From IMG/VR virus record IMGVR_UViG_3300040736_000109, positions 1 to 33,050 of that record: a DNA stretch of 33,050 nucleotides. The stretch is one strand, 5' to 3'. A program made the translations under genes and the position numbers. Shown piece after piece: positions 25,215 to 33,050 of the stretch (position 1 is the first letter of the stretch; each line of letters begins with the position of its first letter). The notes below the pieces were generated by a model. It was not told the DNA's origin. It ran no database searches and saw nothing but the letters and a program-made list of their open reading frames with translations. Source of the stretch: a virus (lineage: Duplodnaviria; Caudoviricetes).

Positions 25215-25666
25215 CTCATCTCCCTCAACCAACCACCAGCCAACCGCCGGCATAGCCGCTTAAGCGCTGCAATGTCATGGCACCAGTCCACTTCCCGCAC
25301 CCCGCATTCCTCCTCGATGACCACTCGAATCCGCCTCTCCCAAGCTGCGCCCAGCCTTTCGGCCGTTTCCCTCACCCGTTCCTGCCAGCACAAGATCTGC
25401 TCGCGGGTCGGAGGCTTCGGGGCAGCCGGGGCCTTCGGTCTCCAGCCCAGCCGGCGGAAAATATCGACCAGTTGTTTCAATTCCGTATTCGACAGTGCCT
25501 TGGCAGATCCCACACCAAACGATCTTGCAAGGATATTGAGGTATTCCTTCTCGGTGATTCCGAGCTCACGAACAGCTATATGCACCTTGGTCATCAGCGC
25601 CTTATACTCAAACATTGTCGGATTGGGCTTCGGCCTTTTTTCGCCCTTCCCGTCGATGACTTCCAT
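25199..25666 (-). CDS. Second GemA/DUF1018-like protein
   Basis: 'KVHIAVRELGITEKEYLNIL...SAKALSNTELKQLVDIFRRLGW'; start reassigned to MEVIDG (GGGAGG RBS). Confidence 0.75.
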   Translation of the reverse strand: MEVIDGKGEKRPKPNPTMFEYKALMTKVHIAVRELGITEKEYLNILARSFGVGSAKALSNTELKQLVDIFRRLGWRPKAPAAPKPPTREQILCWQERVRETAERLGAAWERRIRVVIEEECGVREVDWCHDIAALKRLCRRLAGGWLREMRWRRI

Positions 25667-26159
25667 CTTTCCCTCCCTTCGAATCATCGGTCGATTTCCT
25701 TGCACAAAATTTGAGATAAAAACGATCCGGATGGCACACCCGGTAGACCCACTCCCGGCTGAACCTGCTGTTGGCCTTCGTTCCAATGCGCTCAATGTCG
25801 CCATTTGACACCAGGCTGCGCAGCTCTTTGCGGACGAAATTGACCGTCGCATCGGACAACCTGGCAATGTCGTTCGCCGTGAAGCTCTTCTTGACGTGAA
25901 TTGCCCGATGGACTCTCGGTTTGACGGCAGCACGATCCGACCACCGAGGAGAGAAGCCGATAAAGCGGTATCTGCCGTAGCCCATTTGTTCAACTTCTCG
26001 CCTCCGGAGCATGTCCCGAAGGACGTGTCTGACCGCCCCACCATCCTGCAATTCGAGCTGCTGACTGATTTCCTTCGGACTGAAATCCTTTTTGATCGAT
26101 CCGATCAACTCACGCACTCGGGCCGCCATTCTCATGGCATATCTCCTTGATGAGTTCAT
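25608..26159 (-). CDS. Tandem winged-HTH protein
   Basis: Two wHTH-like repeats ('FSPKEISQQL...GRYRF', 'FTANDIARLS...WVYRV'); follows gene B; start uncertain. Confidence 0.7.
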   Translation of the reverse strand: MNSSRRYAMRMAARVRELIGSIKKDFSPKEISQQLELQDGGAVRHVLRDMLRRREVEQMGYGRYRFIGFSPRWSDRAAVKPRVHRAIHVKKSFTANDIARLSDATVNFVRKELRSLVSNGDIERIGTKANSRFSREWVYRVCHPDRFYLKFCARKSTDDSKGGKDGSHRREGRKKAEAQSDNV

Positions 26160-26814
26160 CGGATATGGCTTTCAGGCCCGAAGCCTTCATGATTCTCTCG
26201 ATCTGTATGGCGTCGTTCACTACCGTCCGGAAGTCGCCGCTCGAATGGCGTGACAGGGCAACGGCATGTTTGGTGGATATATCCTGACTTAGCGCCGCCT
26301 CATAAAACGCCGCAATGTCCACCTGACCGATTGGCTCGAAGCGAATTTCGTGCGCCACGCGGCTCTTCAGGCGCCGCTCCCGTTCGAGCAGAGCGAGGAT
26401 GGATTCCTCGCCGATCAGGACAATCGGGGCCTTGAGAACATCATGCAGGTCTCGCAGCGTGTTGAGGTGCTTCAGACTCATTCGGTCAGCCTCGTCCACC
26501 AGGATCACCCGGCGCCGGTGAGCCAGCTCGTTTTGAATGATTTCGAAACATCGATCCGTGGATCTCGGTCTGGCTCCCCCCAGCATGAACCCGATCTCCC
26601 GGATCAGCCCGACATGAGTGAACCGCTCCTGGAACCGAACCAGGACAGTGTTCGGGTTCATCGATATGATCCGCTCCGCGGAGGTTGATTTGCCCCGGCC
26701 CGTGCTGCCCACAACGGTAGCCATTTCCAGGCCCAGGGCCGTCTTGAGCAGGGCGTTGCAAAGGGCCTCGAACCTCATGAAGTTTTGAGTGTTGATGAAA
26801 ATATCCTCTCTCAC
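26110..26814 (-). CDS. MuB-like AAA+ transposition ATPase
   Basis: Walker A 'GSTGRGKS', Walker B 'ILVDEAD', 'LRDLHD', 'PIVLIGEE'; GTGA overlap with the transposase. Confidence 0.92.
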   Translation of the reverse strand: MREDIFINTQNFMRFEALCNALLKTALGLEMATVVGSTGRGKSTSAERIISMNPNTVLVRFQERFTHVGLIREIGFMLGGARPRSTDRCFEIIQNELAHRRRVILVDEADRMSLKHLNTLRDLHDVLKAPIVLIGEESILALLERERRLKSRVAHEIRFEPIGQVDIAAFYEAALSQDISTKHAVALSRHSSGDFRTVVNDAIQIERIMKASGLKAISDELIKEICHENGGPSA

Positions 26815-29210
26815 TGGCTCCTCCCCTCGATGTTCATTCTTCTTGCGATTTCCCAATAACGTCTGGCCGCAGGGTCCAGCTTGGATTCATAATCAGCCAT
26901 GAAAATCCGATCTTCATCGACCAGGATCCACCCCTCCGACACCCTTTCAAGACACCATCGATATCTATCGATATGGTCGCGGAAGAAGGGTCTTTTGCCG
27001 TCAAATACCCGCCCGGCGGGATCGCCTTCACCCTGGCCGGCGGAGCTCATTCGCGCGACATCGGTTTTATTCGTGCGATTTCGAGGACAAAGGTCCTGGT
27101 TTTCCAGCTCCCGAGATTGTTGAACCCGCTCGCGGACCTGGGCGGCGAACCGGGCGCGCTCTTGGTCGGTTTCCTCAGGTTCGGCCGGTCCGGCAAGCGC
27201 TCTGGCAACACCCTCGGCCTGCTCCTCAGGAGACAGCTCACGCCAGATCTTCATCCGGTCTGCCACCGCCCGTCTGGCCTGGGCTATCGATGGGTGGTCG
27301 TACTCCTCGGTTCGAATGATGGGGGTCACCTTCTCGCCGGTCCGCTCCAGCTCATCCAGGCGTTCCATCATCGGGTTGGTTGCGATGCTCTCATCCACCT
27401 TTTTGATGGCATTGACCGCCGCCTTGATCTTGCGGGCGTGGCCGGTCCTGGCCTTGGCCAGCTCCACGGGGGTGTAGCCTGAAAGCGTCTTGTCGACGGC
27501 AGTGAAAAGGTACCGGTTCTTGAGGTCGAACACATAGATGCGGCCGGCATCGGTAAGGTCGAGGCGGCATTGCACCCGCTTGCCGACGTGCATGTCCATT
27601 TCGAGGGCAATGAAGCGGCCGCGTTCGAGCTCGATCCCTTTCTTTTGCACCGTCCGCTCGATGGCCGGCGCAAGGAGAATGTCCAGGACCCGCTCATCCG
27701 ATATGCGCCGGACGGGAACAGGAGACTGCGCCGGCCGTTCTGCCGGGCGAGCTCCCCCCAGGCCGGCATGGGGGCGCTGCGCGTAGTCGAATTTGATCCA
27801 CTTGTCGATGACCGCCTGGAGCTCATCGCGGGTGAGGTTTACTTGGACCGTCCCGCCGGGCGTCATGAAAGCCTTGATGAATTCGTCCCGGGCCGCTTCG
27901 CGGTTGCGAATCGCCTGGCGCTCGGCCACGTTGTGCCCGCAAAAACCGGGCAGCTCCTCGAAGAGCCCCGTCGCCAGGGTGCGCCAAAACCGTTCGATGA
28001 AGGGCTTTGCTTCTGGGGTTCTGATCGGAATCCAGGGGGTTTTGATCCCAAAAGCCAGGCAAACCGCCTTGATGTGGTCGGAATCGTAGTCCTGGCCGTG
28101 ATCCTTGACGAACTCCTCGGGAATCCCGAGCTCGATCATGCCGCGCCGCATCACCGCGGCGATCCCGAGGGATTTGCTCGTCTCGGTGATGAGCACCACC
28201 GGCAGGCGGCTGAAAATGTCGATTGTCCCGATCCCGGTATGGCGGCCGTCTTTACAGAAGATATCCGCCGGCGTGGAATCCGCCTCCCATCTCTGGCAGA
28301 AGCGTACGATTGCCTCAGCCTTGTCGCCCAGGGCGAGCTGATATCTCGACTTCCAGGCGCTCGGGTCGAGCATGTATTGATATTCCTGCTCGTGCGCCTC
28401 CTTCCAGCGATCCATAAAGCGGTAGACCGCCACGGGGTGCATCGAGCGGATGTTTTCGAGGGTCCGGTATTTGTTCTTCACATACTCGAAGGCCCTCACC
28501 GGGCGGATGATCGGGTTTTCCCGGATGAGCGATACGATGTAATCCTGTTGGTCCTCGTTCAGTGCCCGCGACAGGGATTCCTTCTCTTCGGGTTCCACCC
28601 TCTTTCGGACAAGTCCGCCGAGCCCTCGAAATGCATTGTTGAGCTTCCAACGGTTGAGCGTCGGCACCGAAATCTTTTTCACCCGCCGGTAGATATCTTC
28701 CGAGAGCGACAGGATTTTCTGCTGATTGAATTGTTCGCAGAATTCCTCCTGGGTCATTCCGGCCCGGTTGGGCCTCTTGCCCCGCTTTCTCGAAGTGGCC
28801 TTTTCGTAGGCGTCCAGAATTTCCTTCTTGATCTTGGCCAGGTCGCGAGCCTTTTCGTCAGCCTGGTAGTAGTCCAGTAACCCCAGCGCCCGCTGTTCGA
28901 TGGAAACCGTTGCCGGGGCCTGGGCGATCTCCACAGGCACCGGGGAGTCAGGCGCAGTATCCATGCCATTGCACCCTCCAGCCTTCGCAGCCTCCATCGC
29001 CTCGCGCAGATAAGCCACCTGCGCCCGAGCCGATAAGCAAGAAAGATGGATCTGCCATTCTTTGCCGGAAGTGCCGCCGCCCTTCGATCCCTTGACTTGG
29101 CACACTCGGGTGTAACAGCCGGATTTCACCCGCTTACATATCGCCTGTTTTGATATGCCCTCCAGTTTCGCAGCAGCAGACTGGTTGAGCCAAACATCAG
29201 AAGACTTCAT
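26811..29210 (-). CDS. MuA-like DDE transposase
   Basis: 799 aa; N-terminal HTH; catalytic 'WEADST', 'KDHGQDY', 'KPFIERFW'; Mu-type C-terminal domain. Confidence 0.95.
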   Translation of the reverse strand: MKSSDVWLNQSAAAKLEGISKQAICKRVKSGCYTRVCQVKGSKGGGTSGKEWQIHLSCLSARAQVAYLREAMEAAKAGGCNGMDTAPDSPVPVEIAQAPATVSIEQRALGLLDYYQADEKARDLAKIKKEILDAYEKATSRKRGKRPNRAGMTQEEFCEQFNQQKILSLSEDIYRRVKKISVPTLNRWKLNNAFRGLGGLVRKRVEPEEKESLSRALNEDQQDYIVSLIRENPIIRPVRAFEYVKNKYRTLENIRSMHPVAVYRFMDRWKEAHEQEYQYMLDPSAWKSRYQLALGDKAEAIVRFCQRWEADSTPADIFCKDGRHTGIGTIDIFSRLPVVLITETSKSLGIAAVMRRGMIELGIPEEFVKDHGQDYDSDHIKAVCLAFGIKTPWIPIRTPEAKPFIERFWRTLATGLFEELPGFCGHNVAERQAIRNREAARDEFIKAFMTPGGTVQVNLTRDELQAVIDKWIKFDYAQRPHAGLGGARPAERPAQSPVPVRRISDERVLDILLAPAIERTVQKKGIELERGRFIALEMDMHVGKRVQCRLDLTDAGRIYVFDLKNRYLFTAVDKTLSGYTPVELAKARTGHARKIKAAVNAIKKVDESIATNPMMERLDELERTGEKVTPIIRTEEYDHPSIAQARRAVADRMKIWRELSPEEQAEGVARALAGPAEPEETDQERARFAAQVRERVQQSRELENQDLCPRNRTNKTDVARMSSAGQGEGDPAGRVFDGKRPFFRDHIDRYRWCLERVSEGWILVDEDRIFMADYESKLDPAARRYWEIARRMNIEGRSQ

Positions 29211-29236
29211 CCCAAATTTTCCTTGTTGGAGAATCG

Positions 29237-29470
29237 TTACTGAGAAAGAAGTTTTGCTTTTTCGTTTTTTCCCCTCAATTTTGGTTGACCACCCAAGCGC
29301 GACATCAAATAAGCCAAGTTATTGAATACTATGAGCTTAGTTTGGTTGACCACCGGTTGACCACCGGTTGACCACCGGTGGTCAACCAAACGCCGACTTT
29401 TTAGGGATAGGTGGTCAACCAAAATCCCCCTCACTTTGACCTTATTCACATTCATCATTTCATTGACCAT
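29237..29470 (-). CDS. Possible small ORF spanning the repeat array
   Basis: AGAGGAG RBS and ATG at 29470; the product is largely repeat-derived (LVDH, GGQP). Confidence 0.3.
   Translation of the reverse strand: MVNEMMNVNKVKVRGILVDHLSLKSRRLVDHRWSTGGQPVVNQTKLIVFNNLAYLMSRLGGQPKLRGKNEKAKLLSQ
29279..29424. repeat. GGTTGACCACC direct/inverted repeat array with an IHF-like site
   Basis: Six copies; the outer pair forms a perfect 15-bp inverted repeat; ATTCAATAACTTG at 29315-29327 (minus). Confidence 0.85.
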
Positions 29471-29534
29471 AGGGAGTCTCCTCTGTAATGTGATCCCACG
29501 CATTTTCAAACCCAACCCGGAGAGGAGAATCCCT

Positions 29535-30176
29535 ATGAACCATTTGCTGGCCCAGCAGTTGGGTGTGATCCTTTTGCCGCGCTGCTGCAGGCAACGCATG
29601 TCTGACATTGTCTTTTTTCCTCGACACCTGTGGGCACTGGACCGTATGAGTATCTTGTTCTGCTGTCCTGAGTGCTGGCGCACTATTCCCCAAACGAGGC
29701 ACCTCTTTCGTGGCCTTTTCAGGGTTAATGCCGAACGTTATCATCTCCAGGAGCGCCTTAGGAAATTCGTCACGGGAACACTGCTTCCGCCAATCACCAA
29801 TGACGTGCTGATGCGTCTTACTGAACCGTCTCGCCGGTTTGATCTTGAATTTCAAACTGAGTTCTCTTTGGAAAAAACACTGCTCATTGGATTTGATACT
29901 GAAGCCCTTTCCAACAAATTCTCCACTCATGATTTCCTGCTCCAGGGCGCGGGACTATGCTGCCCCACCTGTCATATGATTCTCCCGCTGCAGCCTGCTT
30001 TTTTGGGGGAGGGAACCATTACATGCCCTAGGTGCTCAACTAGAGAAAAGGCTCCCAAAAGACTCATGAAGTCACTCATTGACAGCGCAAACTTCATTAT
30101 CCAGTGCAGCCATCTTGTGGATGGCTCTGCTGTGACTGTCTTTCTCTTCCCAACGGAATGGGAGCCGCAGGGGTAG
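29535..30176 (+). CDS. Cys-rich putative zinc-binding protein, antisense to the early operon
   Basis: AGAGGAG RBS; CPEC, CPTC, CPRC motifs; 213 aa. Confidence 0.6.
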   Translation: MNHLLAQQLGVILLPRCCRQRMSDIVFFPRHLWALDRMSILFCCPECWRTIPQTRHLFRGLFRVNAERYHLQERLRKFVTGTLLPPITNDVLMRLTEPSRRFDLEFQTEFSLEKTLLIGFDTEALSNKFSTHDFLLQGAGLCCPTCHMILPLQPAFLGEGTITCPRCSTREKAPKRLMKSLIDSANFIIQCSHLVDGSAVTVFLFPTEWEPQG

Positions 30177-30414
30177 GTTTTTCATCCCAAAACAGAAGCT
30201 CAATTGCTGATACCGTTGCATCTATCGAATTGTTGAGAATGGCTTCAAGTGAGGCCACCAATCGTTCGGCATTGAGTTCAATTATCAGTTCTCGAATCCG
30301 AGGCGATCCAAAACGCCTTGGGTCTAATTCCATCGATCTGAAGCGTTTTGCCACCGATTCGAGAAATTGGCGCTTGATGGCTCGAACTGTATTGGCTTTC
30401 AAATTCTCTAGCAT
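30097..30414 (-). CDS. Hypothetical protein
   Basis: GGGGAAG RBS; follows the CII-like gene; its tail overlaps the convergent gene. Confidence 0.5.
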   Translation of the reverse strand: MLENLKANTVRAIKRQFLESVAKRFRSMELDPRRFGSPRIRELIIELNAERLVASLEAILNNSIDATVSAIELLFWDEKPTPAAPIPLGRERQSQQSHPQDGCTG

Positions 30415-30423
30415 GGCTTCCCC

Positions 30424-30900
30424 CTATTTATTCATCTCTTCAGCAACCATCTCCAGACCGAGCAGGGCGCTCACCGCATCCCGGATCTCCTTCTTGATGT
30501 CTCTGAGCTCCCGCACGGTGATATGCCCGTCCTCGATGGCCCCGCCGAAAGACTCCACCACCTCGGCGCATTCTCTCATCGCCCTGGCCGCGGCAATCAC
30601 CGCATCCCGAGCATCCGGCTGCCGCTCCGGGAGCTCCACAAAGGCCCCTCCGGATTCGTGAGCCATCAGCATCATGAGCTCCGGGCCGATCATGCGGTTC
30701 CAGATAGGCATGAGATAAGCCGGCAGGTTGTTGTTGGTGGCCGCTTCGTTCAGGTACTTGTAGAGCCGTTCCGAGGTGAGATTCACCTTAGCCGCGGCTT
30801 CGTTTACCTTGAGCTTCTTCTCGAACAGTTGATCGCTGATGAAGCGCTTGATCCTTCGCGCCGATTCCGAATCCTCGGGATTGTAGCTACTCCGTCTCAC
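30424..30900 (-). CDS. Phage regulatory protein, CII-like family
   Basis: N-terminal HTH, 'GGAFVELP', 'AIEDGHITVRELRDIKKE' (P2/186 CII-like pattern). Confidence 0.7.
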   Translation of the reverse strand: MRRSSYNPEDSESARRIKRFISDQLFEKKLKVNEAAAKVNLTSERLYKYLNEAATNNNLPAYLMPIWNRMIGPELMMLMAHESGGAFVELPERQPDARDAVIAAARAMRECAEVVESFGGAIEDGHITVRELRDIKKEIRDAVSALLGLEMVAEEMNK

Positions 30901-31232
30901 TGTTCCCCTCCTTCTGGGCTAATGCTCCTGCTGGATACAACCTCTCCCGTTTCCAAAACTTCACAACCTGCGCACACCACGCTACACTGCCCCCCGGCAA
31001 CCCTTGATGGAGATCTATGCCTATGACCGGCGTAACCTTTGAGCGCGCCCAAAATCCTGAGGGTCTTCTCGCCCCTGGGCCGGGTTCCCTCTTGCCCCAG
31101 GTGCCGCCTCATGACCCGGACCACGGTGCAGTACTTGAACCCGTTCCGGTCGGCGAATTCCTGGAGCGTCAGCCCCCTCTCAAGAAGTGCGGCCCTCACC
31201 TTAAAAATGCTTGTCCTGTTGGCCCTTCTCAC
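30897..31232 (-). CDS. Ner/Cro-like HTH regulator
   Basis: 'KVRAALLERGLTLQEFADRNG'; first early gene, divergent from the repressor; GTG start with AGGAG RBS. Confidence 0.8.
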   Translation of the reverse strand: MRRANRTSIFKVRAALLERGLTLQEFADRNGFKYCTVVRVMRRHLGQEGTRPRGEKTLRILGALKGYAGHRHRSPSRVAGGQCSVVCAGCEVLETGEVVSSRSISPEGGEQ

Positions 31233-31275
31233 GTAACCTGCTCCTGCGTTGTGTCCAATTATCGTTACCAATCGG

Positions 31276-31305
31276 ATTGTAATTTCGCTAGAGAGAGCAT
31301 GTCAA
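31276..31305 (-). promoter_or_regulatory. Early promoter (Pe-like) with operator-like direct repeats
   Basis: TTGACA-N18-TACAAT on minus; AATTTCGCTAGAGAGA (31281) and AAATTCGCCACAGAGA (31311) lie on either side of the -35 box. Confidence 0.7.
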
Positions 31306-31868
31306 GAGCAAAATTCGCCACAGAGAGAAATACTTTCGGGGAGCGCCTTGATAGCCTCCAAAACGCCCTAAATCTGCCATCGCAAAACGATTTAGCTACT
31401 ATATTGCACATCTCTTCCGGTTATTTATCGGACCTTAGAACAGGCAAGAAGCGTCCCGGGAGAAAGATTATTCACTCGCTAGCGAGAATCGGAGCGAATA
31501 TAGAGTGGTTTTTGACAGGTGCCGGCGATATGTTCAGCAAGGCACCTGAACGGGCACATTCAGACAAACATCAATCACGAATAAAGGAATACTTGGTTCT
31601 CACAGAGGAGGTGCTTTCTAGTGGCAACCCGCTTGCCTCTGACGCCCTGGAACGTAACATCCTATACTTCGCTCATGCCATCCGCTCGGAACAGCGCCTC
31701 AAGGAATCCGAGAGGCGTTTGGCTCAATCGGAACAGCGTCTAAGCGAAATGGATATCGTCATCACCACCCTCAAACAAGCCGTAGAAGAACTGCAGCAAG
31801 GTTGCGGGGATAGGGAATTAGGAAAAGACGAGGAGGAGGGCGGGTCAGAGCACGACGAGGCAATCTGA
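31299..31868 (+). CDS. Prophage repressor, XRE HTH with C-terminal coiled coil
   Basis: 'FGERL...SQNDLATILHISSGYLSDLRTGKKRPG...NIEWFLTGAGDM'; divergent from ner; no S24 peptidase domain visible. Confidence 0.85.
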   Translation: MSRAKFATERNTFGERLDSLQNALNLPSQNDLATILHISSGYLSDLRTGKKRPGRKIIHSLARIGANIEWFLTGAGDMFSKAPERAHSDKHQSRIKEYLVLTEEVLSSGNPLASDALERNILYFAHAIRSEQRLKESERRLAQSEQRLSEMDIVITTLKQAVEELQQGCGDRELGKDEEEGGSEHDEAI

Positions 31869-31904
31869 TCTACGTTAGTTTTGGCTTGAATCGAGGATGC
31901 GACC

Positions 31905-32630
31905 ATGCAGAATTTGGTTTGCTTTAATTGGCAGGGTATTGCACTTCAGGAAGCGTGTTGGATCAGCGGTAAACCATACTTCACCCGCCGCGCCATCGGT
32001 CAATGGCTGGGCTACAATCACCCACGAAAGGCTGTTGATAAGATTATTGAACGGAACCCCCACATAACTGATCCGCGTTGGTCAACTACCGTCAAATTGA
32101 CGGCAGTTGAGGGTGGCCACGAGGTCACCAGGGATATCGAAGTCTACGACCCCATCGGCCTTCAGCTTATCGTTTTTGAATCGCATCAGCCCAAAGCTCT
32201 TCAATTCAAGGTGATGGCGGCAAACCTGGTTTGGGAGTTCATGAACGGAAGGCTTGTCCGGGCCCAGCCTCCGCGTCAAAAGCTCATCCATGCAGCCGAG
32301 CGCCTCCAGGAAATCAAACAGCTCGGATGGGGCAAAAGGGGCGCTGCCATGCTGGAACTCGGCAAATCTCTTGGAAAGGGTTTTTCCACCATCGGAAGAT
32401 GGAGAAAGAGGCTAAGTGACTACGGAGTGATTCAATATCATTCTACCGACGCCCAAAGAAGGCGCTTGAAAACCCGCTTTGCGCCAACCTGGCGGAAGAT
32501 TGCTGAGCTGCTTGCGGCCGGCCACCGCATCGACGACATTGCAAAAGCCTGCGGCGTCCACATGGTCACCGTCTACCGCCTTCGCAAGCGACTTCAGGAG
32601 GATCGAGCTCATGAATTACTCACTCTTTGA
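31905..32630 (+). CDS. BRO-N-like DNA-binding protein with two C-terminal HTH motifs
   Basis: 'GKPYFTRRAIGQWLGYNHPRKAVDKIIERN', 'ESHQPKALQFK', 'IDDIAKACGVHMVTVYRL'. Confidence 0.75.
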   Translation: MQNLVCFNWQGIALQEACWISGKPYFTRRAIGQWLGYNHPRKAVDKIIERNPHITDPRWSTTVKLTAVEGGHEVTRDIEVYDPIGLQLIVFESHQPKALQFKVMAANLVWEFMNGRLVRAQPPRQKLIHAAERLQEIKQLGWGKRGAAMLELGKSLGKGFSTIGRWRKRLSDYGVIQYHSTDAQRRRLKTRFAPTWRKIAELLAAGHRIDDIAKACGVHMVTVYRLRKRLQEDRAHELLTL

Positions 32631-32684
32631 TCAAAGAGCCATTTCAGAACCCCTCTCCAGGTCACCATTGTTTAGGAGCTCCTA

Positions 32685-32913
32685 ACTTTTTCTCACCATT
32701 TTTGATTGTTTTTCACCTTCTCGTTTTGGCTGCAAGAAATGGCAGGAAACGCCCAAAATCAGAAAAAGCTGCTCAAATTCATTTTCACCCCCATTTAACC
32801 CTGGAGTCTCACATTATAACCGCTCCAGTAGCGCATTCGTCCCACTTGATCAAGGCACTTCAACCCTTTTTAATTCTCTTCACCCTTTCTGTAAAATCAC
32901 ACTGCAAAACACA
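32685..32913. other. Probable prophage left end (attL) with transposase-binding repeats
   Basis: AT-rich non-coding stretch with about eight YYTCAC-like boxes, ending in CA dinucleotides at 32910-32913; GC content rises afterwards. Confidence 0.5.
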
Positions 32914-33050
32914 AGTGGATTGGGAATGATCTGCCGGTAACGTCCCCTTTTCATGTAGGAGTAACAGCCGCCGGGGTAAGGGCCTTCAAAACCGAGTCCT
33001 TTCAGTTTTCGCACAAGCTCAGCCCGGCTGCATGGCGGGGTTTTGCCCAT

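Larger units (their letters stand above)
1..32913 (-). mobile_element. Mu-like transposable prophage (contractile tail), right part missing from window
   Basis: Mu-type gene order: repressor/ner, DDE transposase, AAA ATPase B, gemA, lysis, terminase, DUF935 portal, MuF, G, I, T, neck, sheath, tube, tape measure, N. The right boundary is approximate. Confidence 0.96.

Noticed and set aside
25667-26044. N-terminal extension of ORF 25199..26044
   Set aside because: Overlaps the wHTH gene in another frame; a good RBS supports the start at 25666.
27570-28880. 436-aa plus-strand ORF
   Set aside because: Antisense shadow of the transposase.
29460-29930. 156-aa minus-strand ORF
   Set aside because: Opposite the CxxC-rich plus-strand gene, which has the better RBS and motifs; strand choice remains somewhat uncertain.
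31017-31298. Long N-terminus of the repressor ORF
   Set aside because: Overlaps ner and the early promoter; the HTH begins after ATG 31299.
1-33050. Diversity-generating retroelement, invertase, tRNA or rRNA genes
   Set aside because: No reverse transcriptase motif, template/variable repeat pair, recombinase or tRNA/rRNA-like sequence recognised; the fibre region is outside the window.
32914-33050. Host gene at the right edge
   Set aside because: Too short to call; no supported ORF.

Overview
Nearly the whole window (1 to about 32910) is a Mu-like transposable prophage of myovirus type, read mostly on the minus strand. From the right end: probable left end (attL) with repeated TCAC-type boxes; a plus-strand repressor plus a BRO/HTH gene; ner/cro-like and CII-like regulators; DDE transposase A and ATPase B; a semi-essential region (two GemA/DUF1018 genes, DUF551, BRO antirepressor); an aspartyl-protease moron; the lysis cassette; terminase, portal, MuF, gpG, protease/scaffold, decoration protein and major capsid; neck genes; sheath, tube, chaperone, tape measure and the N-terminal part of gpN. 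Baseplate, fibre genes and the right end lie outside the window. Notable extras: (1) a dispersed family of heptamer-armed hairpin elements sitting between stop codons and ribosome-binding sites, one inverted and some split; (2) several REP-like palindromes carried in frame inside phage proteins; (3) a MuF protein with a C-terminal HExxH domain facing a small antisense gene with its own promoter; (4) a C4/CI-like antisense-RNA cassette ahead of the antirepressor; (5) a candidate +1 frameshift in the tail chaperone; (6) an enhancer-like GGTTGACCACC array with an IHF-like site upstream of the transposase; (7) no recognisable Mor/C activator, but a promoter plus terminator ahead of the late operon. 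All product calls come from motif recognition and synteny; no database search was run.
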